NCBI GenBank assembly: GCA_934178475.1
Contig: CAKPQH010000003.1
Coordinates: 50,315 to 114,314, forward strand
DNA length: 64,000 nucleotides
Direction of reading: 5' to 3'
Origin: an uncultured Clostridia bacterium
Lineage (GTDB): Bacteria; Bacillota; Clostridia; TANB77; CAG-508
The first letter of the stretch is position 1; every line of letters begins with the position of its first letter. The notes under the pieces were generated by a model, which was not told the DNA's origin, ran no database searches, and saw only the letters and a list, made by a program, of their open reading frames with translations. Positions 43,049 to 51,969 of this stretch are shown here, piece after piece. The translations under genes were made by a program, and so were the position numbers.

Positions 43049-44327
43049 ATGAAAAAAGTATTAAAAAATGTAAAAGGTATAACATTAATTGCTTTAGTAA
43101 TTACTATAATCGTGTTATTAATATTAGCAGGTATATCAATAAGTATGATATCAAGTCAAGATGGAATATTAACGAAGGCAAAAGATGCAAAGTCTCTAAT
43201 GAAAATAAAAACAGAAGAAGAATTGGTACAATTAGCAGTACATAATGCTTATATAGAAGAAGAAGGAGATTTTGAAAAAGAAACAGCAGAAGAAGAAATA
43301 AAAAAGAGTTTGGTCGAAAACGGTTTAAGTATTACAGGAGATAATTTTAAAAAAGTAAATGAAAAATGGTATTATGTAAGCAGTTTAGGAAAAAACTATG
43401 AAATTAATAAAGATGCAAATGTAAGTATAGTAGAAGAATTACCTAAAATTGATGGTTTTATTGATGGAATATTATATTATAACGGAGAACCTTTTTCTGG
43501 TGACTGGTGGTATAGTCCGGAAGACAAAATTCAAAATCCGCCAAGTATATTCCTTATAAATGGAAAATATGCAAAATATCAAGAAGGTAAGATAGATGAG
43601 GGGTGGAGCATTGATAATTCATATTATATGTTTGGAGAACTTTACACTGGTATTGTAAGACCTACTGGAGGTTGGTACTATGGAAGATTAGTTAATGGCG
43701 AAATGGAAGTTCCAGCTCGGACCTAACGGAGGAGCTTATGATGCTAATTCTTTGATTGTAAATAATGGTAAGAGATTTGATGGAATTGCATATATGGCTG
43801 GTTATAGAAGTTCTATGTATTCTGAAGTAATAGATGGATTATTGCAAAAAACATTATATTCTTGTTTGCTTCCAACAACAGAAATAGAAGTTATAGAAGA
43901 AGATGAAAAAGGAAGAAAGAAACGTAGAAAGAAAAAAATAAAGGACATAAAAGAGGGAGACAAGGTATTATCAGTAAATCCAGAAACGGGAAAACTTGAA
44001 GAAGATGTAGTAATATATGCAGACGGAGATGAAAATAAAAAATATAATAAATTTGAAATATGGACATTTAATGATGGAACAGAAGTAAAAACACTTCATA
44101 AACATAGATTTTATAATATAGAAAGACAAGATTTTGTGTATATACAAGAATGGAATATAGGAGAACATGGATATAAAGAGAATGGAGAAATTATAGAATT
44201 AATAAGACATAAAGTGGTAAATGAGGAAGTTCAACATTGCACGATATTTACAGAAAAATGGAATAATTATTTTGCTAATGGAGTATTGACAGGAAATAGA
44301 AATTCTATAAAAATGAAAATTTTATAA
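43049..44327 (+). pseudogene. Cassette copy 1: pilin-like-leader protein with WYY cell-wall-binding-like repeats and a C-terminal Hint-like domain. It is interrupted by a +1 frameshift near 43695-43726
   Basis: Two overlapping ORFs lie in different frames (43049-43726 and 43695-44327). The N-terminal 35 aa are near-identical to 45117-46907. The second ORF carries a Hint block A (CLLPTTEIEV). The intein F/G-like end is degenerate (NGVLTGN instead of VHN). Confidence 0.5.
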
Positions 44328-44343
44328 TATATGAAAGTATAAA

Positions 44344-44387
44344 AAAGAACTCTAATTGGATAAAGCATCTAATAAGAGTTCTTTTTT
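44344..44387 (+). terminator. Rho-independent terminator after cassette copy 1
   Basis: aagaactct...agagttctt plus T6. Confidence 0.6.
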
Positions 44388-44395
44388 AGGATTTT

Positions 44396-44519
44396 ATGCA
44401 GATTTGTTTTCACTTTTATTTAGTTTTTCATATTCTTTACATTTAATTTTATAATCCATTTGCATACATAAATATTTGTAATAACTATATGCTTGCTCAT
44501 ATCTGTTATTATTAAACAT
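44396..44519 (-). pseudogene. Truncated copy (C-terminal 41 aa) of the small convergent ORF found intact at 46992-47210
   Basis: The reverse-complement translation MFNNNRYEQAYSYYKYLCMQMDYKIKCKEYEKLNKSENKSA is about 90% identical to the C-terminus of the 72-aa protein. Confidence 0.45.
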
Positions 44520-44720
44520 GATGATGAATTTAAAACAGTATATTCAAATCTTTTAACAGCTGAATTTGTGATTGAAGGTGAGAATATAGAAGAAGGTCAA
44601 ACAATTGGTACAGTTGGTAGTTCAGGTGCTTTTAAGATAAGTGATGATTATCATTTACATTTTGAGATGTTAAAGGATGATGCATATGTAAATCCAACAA
44701 CATATATTAATTTTGATTAG
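44493..44720 (+). pseudogene. Duplicated 3' fragment (last about 66 codons) of the M23 peptidase gene
   Basis: About 94% aa identity to residues 200-273 of the 41989-42789 product. There is no plausible start and the track 'start' is a TTG. Confidence 0.75.
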
Positions 44721-44876
44721 TATTATTGAAATGTAATGAAATTGTAATATAAATGTAATATAAAAATAAAATAGAATATTATTGACAAAACGTATAAGAG
44801 TATGTAGAATTATATGTGATAAGAAAAGAGGTAAAAAATGCAAAAGATAGAAAAACATGTATCTCTTGACGCTCTA

Positions 44877-44904
44877 AGAGAGAGAGAGAGAGAGAGAGAG
44901 AGAG
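44877..44904. repeat. (AG)14 dinucleotide microsatellite in the 5' leader of cassette copy 2
   Basis: Read directly. The homologous position in copy 1 (about 42928-42940) reads agagaaaaaacaa. Confidence 0.95.
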
Positions 44905-45116
44905 CAACAATTTAATAAATAAAATAAATAGAATAAAGATAAATATAAGGAATAAGACTAGCTTATTGTCAAAATGGCAATAGGTTTATAGTTTTATTTT
45001 TGCGTTTTTTTGCCAAGAATGGAAGGGAGGAAAAATATATAGAATGGAAGAATAATAATCATAGTAGAATGAATAATAAAAATAATAAAGTAAAGGAATA
45101 AAAAGCTAAGGAGGAT

Positions 45117-46907
45117 ATGATGAAAATGAAGACGGGATTAAAAAATGTAAAAGGTATAACATTAATTGCATTAGTAATTACAATAATTGTGTTATTAATA
45201 TTAGCAGGTGTATCAATAAGTATGATATCAAGTCAGGATGGAATATTAAAACAAGCAGCAAAGGCAAAACTTATGCAAGAGATAGCTCAAGTAGAGGAGC
45301 TACTCAACTTAAAAGTATTAGAAATATATTCAGCAAATTCGGACAATTTAGACAATGTAACAAATGGAACAATAAAAACAGCAGTAATGACAGAGATAGG
45401 TAAAATGGGATATGAGACAGAAGAGAAAACTACAACACAAGCAACAGTAAAAGGACTATTAATTCAAGATTCAACAGGAGCAAATATTGAAAATGTAAAT
45501 TTAATACAAAATGGAGAGCAGATTATAACAATCAAATTAGATACAGAAGGAAATACAAATTCAAAAACATATGTAATAATACAAAGTAAGAAATTTGAAA
45601 TTACGATAAATGACGGAACAGTAAAAATATCTAGAGAAGAGTACATAGATCAATCAGAAGACCAAGAAGCATATCAAATAAAATTAACACCACCAACAAC
45701 GGGTACTAAAATATATGTTGAGAATAATGAAATAACAGAGGAGACTAATATAGCAGATAATACAAATATAAAAGTCAAGGCAGGAGACAGCACAGGAACA
45801 TTTAATTTTAACGTACAAGAGTCCAAAAGTGGAACTTCAAGAGAGGTAAGTGTTAATGTAGAAGCTAATCAAGCATATGCTACGAAACTAACTATAGGAG
45901 TAAAAGATAATGCAGAAGCGACAATTACACCAGAAGGGACATTACAATTACAGGCAACGATAGAGCCACTAAGTTCGACAGACACAGTAACTTGGAAAGT
46001 TGAATCAGGAGATGGAACAATAAGTGATACAGGATTGTTAACAGCAAATAGTACTGCTACAGCAGGAAGTAAGATAAAAGTTATAGCAAAATGTGTAAGA
46101 GCAGATAATACAACATCAAATGTTCAAGGAACAATAGAAATAATGGTACAAGAAGAACTAATAGATATGAGTTCTTTTTATATTCAGCAGTCTAGTGAAA
46201 CTGCCCCATTATCTTATACAATTTCAGGTGACAGCCATGGATATGATATATATTATGCTCGAATGGGTATTCCGGTTGGTAGTTTAGATGAACTTATTGA
46301 ACATGAGAAAATTTATATGCCAGGAACTCAATTTACTGGGGGAAATAGTCATGAATGGTTATATGTATGGCTTTCGAAAGATGGTACAAATGTAAAATCT
46401 CAAATAAAAGTATTTGCAACTACGGTGTGGATGTGCTTTACAGAAGATACGTTGATAGAAACATTAAATGGTAGCCAAAAGATAAAAGATATTAAAATAG
46501 GTGAATTGGTATATAGCTACAATGAAAAAAGTAATAAAGTTGAGTTGAAAAAAGTTACAAATACATATATTCATAGAATAGAAGCTAATCTTTGTAGAAT
46601 AAAGGTGGGAAATGACGTTATAGATAGTACAACAAATCATCCATATTTTGTTAAAGATAAGGGATGGGTACTAGCTAGTAAATTAGAGAAAGGCGATAAT
46701 CTTATGGATGTAGGAGGTCAATCACTAATTGTTCAAGAAAATTCAATTATTAATAATGCTATAGTAGATGTATATAACTTTGAAGTTGAAGGGAATCATA
46801 ATTATTTTGTTGGCAAATCTTGTGTATTAGTGCATAATGCACCAGATGTTATTAACTGTTCATATGTAGGAACGAAAGAATTTGGAGATATTGTAACATT
46901 TGATTAA
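45117..46907 (+). CDS. Cassette copy 2: pilin-like N-terminal leader/anchor, central Ig-like (Big_2-type) domain region, and a C-terminal Hint/intein-like (BIL-like) autoprocessing domain
   Basis: The N-terminus is MKTGLKNVKGITLIALVITIIVLLILAGVSI. A Big_2-like segment reads TITPEGTLQLQATIEPLSSTDTVTWKVESGDGTISDTGLLTANSTATAGSKIKVIAKC. Intein blocks are A CFTEDTLIETLNG, B TTNHPYF, and F/G VYNFEVEGNHNYFVGKSCVLVHNA. A 22-aa tail follows. Confidence 0.65.
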   Translation: MMKMKTGLKNVKGITLIALVITIIVLLILAGVSISMISSQDGILKQAAKAKLMQEIAQVEELLNLKVLEIYSANSDNLDNVTNGTIKTAVMTEIGKMGYETEEKTTTQATVKGLLIQDSTGANIENVNLIQNGEQIITIKLDTEGNTNSKTYVIIQSKKFEITINDGTVKISREEYIDQSEDQEAYQIKLTPPTTGTKIYVENNEITEETNIADNTNIKVKAGDSTGTFNFNVQESKSGTSREVSVNVEANQAYATKLTIGVKDNAEATITPEGTLQLQATIEPLSSTDTVTWKVESGDGTISDTGLLTANSTATAGSKIKVIAKCVRADNTTSNVQGTIEIMVQEELIDMSSFYIQQSSETAPLSYTISGDSHGYDIYYARMGIPVGSLDELIEHEKIYMPGTQFTGGNSHEWLYVWLSKDGTNVKSQIKVFATTVWMCFTEDTLIETLNGSQKIKDIKIGELVYSYNEKSNKVELKKVTNTYIHRIEANLCRIKVGNDVIDSTTNHPYFVKDKGWVLASKLEKGDNLMDVGGQSLIVQENSIINNAIVDVYNFEVEGNHNYFVGKSCVLVHNAPDVINCSYVGTKEFGDIVTFD

Positions 46908-46991
46908 AACTGGTAACCAATGTATTGACAAGAAGAGAAAAATTCTAAACTAGATAAGATAGCTTAGAAATTTTTTCTCTTTTTTTATTAT

Positions 46992-47210
46992 TTATGCAGA
47001 CTTATTTTCATTTTTATTCAATTTTTCATATTCTTTACATTTAATTTTATAATCCATTTGCATACATAAATATTTGTAATAACTATATGCTTGCTCATAT
47101 TGCATTATTGGGTTAAACATAGGGTCTTTATATATATCGTTCATATCAAAATTATTTGGTATATTACCATAAGGTGAATATCCTTGAAATTCATTAAAAT
47201 CTTTTTCCAT
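46992..47210 (-). CDS. Small Tyr/Met/Asn-rich protein (72 aa) convergent with cassette copy 2. Function unknown
   Basis: It has an RBS aaggattgattt upstream on the minus strand. A truncated paralog sits after cassette copy 1. Confidence 0.4.
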   Translation of the reverse strand: MEKDFNEFQGYSPYGNIPNNFDMNDIYKDPMFNPIMQYEQAYSYYKYLCMQMDYKIKCKEYEKLNKNENKSA

Positions 47211-47262
47211 AAAATCAATCCTTTCTTTTATTAAATAATATTAAAAAACAAATAAATTAGAA

Positions 47263-48309
47263 CTATAAATTTAAATTAAATATTGGAAAAATGCTAATAA
47301 AAATAAATGTATAAAGAGCTGCTATTATACCATGAAGAGTTTTACCTATTATATATGGTTTTATGGATAAATCTGTTTTAGAGATTACGCTTAAAACTTG
47401 AAGCAAAACAGATATTCCACCTAAACCTAAAAGAAAAGCGGTTATGATAATATTTATTGATATTGCTTTTATTTGTATATTTGCTACTTGTGAAATACCA
47501 TTTGTTACTTCTATAATACCAGTTATAATTGGAATTATAAATTTTGTTGGTATATGTAATATATTAAATATAGGAGAAAGCAAAGCTGAAAAGAAAATTA
47601 AAATTTTGCTTTTATTTAATATGGAAACTATAACAGAAAATAAAACTATGAATCCTCCTATCATAAGTATAGTAGATATTGAATTATATATACATTCTCC
47701 TAATACTCTACCTAGATTTGATAAAGATATTGAAGAAGAGTTGTATATATTTTTTTTGTTAGGACTTTGTTTGGGATAAGATTTTTTCCAGAATCTAAAT
47801 AAGATTCCGACAGTAAAACTTGCGAGTATATGAGTTAATAAAAGTAAAAATCCTATTTGTGTACTTCCAAATAAACTTATTCCACAAGTACCAACTATAA
47901 ATAAAGGCCCTGAATTATTAGAAAAACTTAATATTCTTTCGCACTCTTCTTTAGAGAGAATATTTTGCTTTCTGAAATTAGTTGCTATTTTTGCGCCTAT
48001 AGGATATCCACTAATCCAACCCATTATAATTGCAAAGCTACCTACACCTTTTATATTAAATAGAGGTTTCATAAATCTATTGAAAATTCTGCCTAAAATA
48101 TAAGGTATGTTAGTTTTTGAAAGAAGTTCAGTTGCAATAAAGAAGGGGAATAATGATGGAATTACAGAATTTGCCCACAGTTTTAATCCATTTTTTGCAG
48201 CAAGCATATTGCTTGATGAAAATATAAGCAAAGATAATGTAAATAGTAAGAATAGTAATGGTAATATATAGCTTTTTAATTTGAATATGAATATATGTGT
48301 TTTTTTCAT
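47263..48309 (-). CDS. ylbJ: Sporulation integral membrane protein YlbJ-like (nucleoside-recognition/Gate domain). The start is at the internal Met (MKKTHIF)
   Basis: About 10 TM helices with the duplicated Gate-domain pattern. An RBS AGAGG precedes the internal ATG. The assignment is by family resemblance. Confidence 0.5.
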   Translation of the reverse strand: MKKTHIFIFKLKSYILPLLFLLFTLSLLIFSSSNMLAAKNGLKLWANSVIPSLFPFFIATELLSKTNIPYILGRIFNRFMKPLFNIKGVGSFAIIMGWISGYPIGAKIATNFRKQNILSKEECERILSFSNNSGPLFIVGTCGISLFGSTQIGFLLLLTHILASFTVGILFRFWKKSYPKQSPNKKNIYNSSSISLSNLGRVLGECIYNSISTILMIGGFIVLFSVIVSILNKSKILIFFSALLSPIFNILHIPTKFIIPIITGIIEVTNGISQVANIQIKAISINIIITAFLLGLGGISVLLQVLSVISKTDLSIKPYIIGKTLHGIIAALYTFIFISIFPIFNLNL

Positions 48310-48359
48310 AAAAAAATACCTCTTAAGACAAGTGTATGTTTTAAGAGATATTTTTATGA

Positions 48360-50477
48360 TTAATGTTGCAAGCATCCATCAGGAAGAGTTCCTGTTAAAA
48401 AGTATTCTGAATATGTATGTTTACATTTTGAATTAGCTATTTTACCACTATCTGAACATATATTTACTTTAGTTACACCCTTTGGAATAGTAAATGTTGC
48501 ATTTGATAATCCTTTATGGATTTTACTCATTGTTCCTGACCATATAAGACCAGCCGGATTTTTTCCACCAAACTCAATGCTTTCATTTAAATCAAATCCA
48601 TACCAAGTTGCTGCTGTATAATATGGGGTAAAACCACAAAGCCATCTATCAAAATTATCATTTGTTGTTCCTGTTTTTGCTGCAACGTCTATTCCTGAAA
48701 TTGAACAGTAAGTAGCAGTTCCTCTTGAACCTTTAACAGGTTGGGTTAAAAGCTCTTGCAGAATATATGCTACAGATTCAGAAAAAACTCGTCTTGATTT
48801 TTGTTTCGAACGCATATATGTTTTTCCAGAAGATGTTACAACACTTTTATAGAATGTTGGTTCTATATAAGTACCATTGTTTGCTATTGTGGCATATGCT
48901 GCTGAAACTTCTAAAGGTGACATACCTTTGTCTAATCCGCCAAGTGCTAAAGCAAGTGAATTATCGTTTTTTGTTAAAGTTGTTATTCCCATTTTTTTCA
49001 AATATTTAATGGAAGTTTTAGGTGTTACTTTTTCCATAATTGTAACAAATGGAATGTTTTGTGATGTTTCAACTGCTTGCCTTAGTGTTATAGAACCTCT
49101 GTAGTCATCATAATCTATAGGAGAATATCCTTCTTCTGAACCATCATCGAAGGTGGTGGCAACATCCTCAAACACAGTTGAATTTGTTACAAGTTTTTCT
49201 GAAATGGCTGGTACTAAAACAGCAATTGGTTTTACTGATGATCCTGTTTGTCTTGTCATTTGAGTTGCTCTATTAAATGAGCGAGATTCTGTTTTGGTAC
49301 CAATTCCACCAACTGATCCTACAACATATCCAGTAGAGTGGTCAATGATTACCATTGCTGTTTGAGCAGTTGCATGAGAATCTTTTTTTGAATAGATAAT
49401 ATATTTTTTGTTTTTTACTTCATTTTCTATTGCTTTTTGAATATCTGTATTTTGCGTGCTGTGTATTGTTAAACCTGCCATGTACAAATAATTTTCTGCA
49501 AAGGAAGTTGAAATATGTTTTTGACTAGAAATATCATTAATAAGTTCATTTAATAAAGCGTCTGCATGGTATGAATATATATTTGAACCAGATGAAGACA
49601 AATTCCCTTTTTTGAATTTTAGACCGGTATCAAGGTTTGAAATAGAGGTATTGTATTCATCATTAGAGATATAATTCAATTCAAGCATTTTATTTAAAAC
49701 TGTTTTTGTTCTTTTTAGTATTTTTTCTGAATTATCCTTTTCTGAAAATGGGGAATAGGAATTAGGAGATGTATTTATTCCTGCTATAAAAGCACATTCT
49801 TCTAAATTAAGTTCAGAAACCGATTTATTAAAATAATATTTTGCAGCATTTTCTATACCATATAAATTAGGACCAACATAAATGTGGTTTAGGTAGGAAA
49901 CTAAAATATCATCTTTATTCATTGTAGATTCAAGAGATAAGGCTAATGCCCATTCTTTAACTTTTCTTGATATATTTTTTGAATTATCACCTGTTAAATT
50001 TTTTACTAATTGTTGTGTTATTGTACTTCCACCAAAAGAAGATTTGCCAAAGCCTTTTACATAGTTCCAAATAGCACCAGAAGTTCTTTTTATATCAACT
50101 CCATGGTGAGAGTAAAACCTTTGATCTTCAATTGCAATATAAGCATTTTTAAGATTGTCTGGTATTGATGCAGATTCGATATAAGACGTAATTCTTCCGC
50201 TTCCCAAATTTGCTATATTATTACCATCAGTATCCAAAACAGAGGAAGAAGAGTGGTTAGAAATCATTTCTTTTGTCATTACATTAAAATTATGAATGTA
50301 TATTGCTAAATAAATACCATAGTAAATTATAGCCATTACAATAACAATAATAAAAAAAATAATAATTTTTGCTTTTAATGACATAGAAGTAGATTCTTCT
50401 AGTACTTCATCCGTGTTTTTTAGATTTTTATTTTTTTGATTTTGTTTAATATTATCATCTATTTTTTTTCTACTCAT
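48360..50477 (-). CDS. Class A penicillin-binding protein (GT51 transglycosylase plus transpeptidase)
   Basis: GT51 motif IEDQRFYSHHGVD. Transpeptidase motifs include SXXK (TGSSVKP), SXN and KTGT (AAKTGTT). Confidence 0.85.
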   Translation of the reverse strand: MSRKKIDDNIKQNQKNKNLKNTDEVLEESTSMSLKAKIIIFFIIVIVMAIIYYGIYLAIYIHNFNVMTKEMISNHSSSSVLDTDGNNIANLGSGRITSYIESASIPDNLKNAYIAIEDQRFYSHHGVDIKRTSGAIWNYVKGFGKSSFGGSTITQQLVKNLTGDNSKNISRKVKEWALALSLESTMNKDDILVSYLNHIYVGPNLYGIENAAKYYFNKSVSELNLEECAFIAGINTSPNSYSPFSEKDNSEKILKRTKTVLNKMLELNYISNDEYNTSISNLDTGLKFKKGNLSSSGSNIYSYHADALLNELINDISSQKHISTSFAENYLYMAGLTIHSTQNTDIQKAIENEVKNKKYIIYSKKDSHATAQTAMVIIDHSTGYVVGSVGGIGTKTESRSFNRATQMTRQTGSSVKPIAVLVPAISEKLVTNSTVFEDVATTFDDGSEEGYSPIDYDDYRGSITLRQAVETSQNIPFVTIMEKVTPKTSIKYLKKMGITTLTKNDNSLALALGGLDKGMSPLEVSAAYATIANNGTYIEPTFYKSVVTSSGKTYMRSKQKSRRVFSESVAYILQELLTQPVKGSRGTATYCSISGIDVAAKTGTTNDNFDRWLCGFTPYYTAATWYGFDLNESIEFGGKNPAGLIWSGTMSKIHKGLSNATFTIPKGVTKVNICSDSGKIANSKCKHTYSEYFLTGTLPDGCLQH

Positions 50478-50609
50478 AATAAAATTTCCTTTTTATTTTT
50501 TTCTTATTATATCAGATTTGTTTGACAAAATCTACTGTATTAAATTGTTTAAGATGCGAAAAAAATCCCTATAAGATTAAATTCTTATAGGGAATAGAAA
50601 AAAGAAAAA

Positions 50610-51857
50610 TTATTTATTTTCTGTTTTTGTTTCTGATTCTTTTTGGCTTTTATTTTTACTCTCTTTTTTTGGTAATATAAGAGCAAGCATAATTCCAAGT
50701 CCGAAGAATCCCATAGCAAAATGTAAAATAAATCCGATTAATGGTATTAATTTTAATAGTTTATATGCAAGTACTAAACCACATATAATTAAGACTTGTT
50801 TTAAAGTATCATTGCATTTCCAATTAGTTAGTTTTTCTTTAATAATTTGAGATATTCCTATTATTGTGAATTTTGTACATAACATTAATAGTAAAACATA
50901 TAAAATCATTGTTATAAATGATAGTGATGTAGCGATTTTAGTAAATAATAATGTTATAGCAGCTATTGGTGTAAGGAATAGTACTAAAGCACTACTTGAA
51001 GCTATAAGACCAACATCGTTTTTTAATAAAGCTCCTGTATTATTAATAGATTTTGGTGCTAACCATTTTAATAAGAAGAATATAGCTAGAACTACAACTA
51101 TATATTTTATAGTTGATAAAATGAAGTCTAGTATTAGATCTTTTGCAGTATAAACATATACATTTTCATCTGTTTCTTCTTGCATAGTAAAGTTGTTTTT
51201 TCCTTCAATGCGAGCTCCTTCTGAGATAGTAGCTCTTTCTTTCGAGGTATAATTGAAGTCACCTTTTATGTATGTATTGTCTGAAAGAGAAACGGTACCA
51301 GCAGAGATATTTGCATTTCTTTCTATAGTACCATTTATTTTTGCTGTTTCAGCAGTAAGAAAGATATCTCTCCAAATTGTACTTGTATTACTTTGATTAA
51401 ATTCTTTACAAACTGAATAGATTGTTGTATCAACAGATCCATCTATTGTAGCTGATTCTGATATAGAGTAAAGTGAATTTACATATCCAGTTTCAGAAAT
51501 AATAAGTTCTTTTGCTAAAACAAATACATTACCATATATAGTTGATGATATAGTAACTTTCCCGTTACACATGATATAAACATCTCCTGATACATTATAA
51601 TCAATAATGGTATCTTCATTATTCATAATGTATTGATTGTCTTGAACTAATGAAACATTTTCGTTAATAACGTTTTTCTCTGAATTTGTAAAAGCATTAT
51701 CAAGTGAAGTGGTAACAGCAAATGAATCATCAACTTCAGACAAATCTGGTTGTAGGTCTGGTACAATTATGTTGGTAGCATTTACAAAAGTAGATAAACC
51801 AAGAATTAATTGTAGTAAAATTAGAATAATACTAATTTTCTTTAAAGTGTTTTTCAT
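50610..51857 (-). CDS. Signal-peptide protein with a repetitive beta-strand-rich extracytoplasmic domain followed by 4-5 C-terminal TM helices. Function unknown
   Basis: Architecture only. The ectodomain has short repeats (YVNSLYSISESATIDGSV, GTIERNANISAGTVSLSDNTYIKGDF). Confidence 0.3.
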   Translation of the reverse strand: MKNTLKKISIILILLQLILGLSTFVNATNIIVPDLQPDLSEVDDSFAVTTSLDNAFTNSEKNVINENVSLVQDNQYIMNNEDTIIDYNVSGDVYIMCNGKVTISSTIYGNVFVLAKELIISETGYVNSLYSISESATIDGSVDTTIYSVCKEFNQSNTSTIWRDIFLTAETAKINGTIERNANISAGTVSLSDNTYIKGDFNYTSKERATISEGARIEGKNNFTMQEETDENVYVYTAKDLILDFILSTIKYIVVVLAIFFLLKWLAPKSINNTGALLKNDVGLIASSSALVLFLTPIAAITLLFTKIATSLSFITMILYVLLLMLCTKFTIIGISQIIKEKLTNWKCNDTLKQVLIICGLVLAYKLLKLIPLIGFILHFAMGFFGLGIMLALILPKKESKNKSQKESETKTENK

Positions 51858-51969
51858 AATAAAATCCTCCTAAAATTTAATTTAATTATAGTTCAAATAT
51901 ATATTTTTTATTGATATTTGTCAATAATTTTGATAAAATATATGTTATTGAAAGGGAAAATATGTAATT

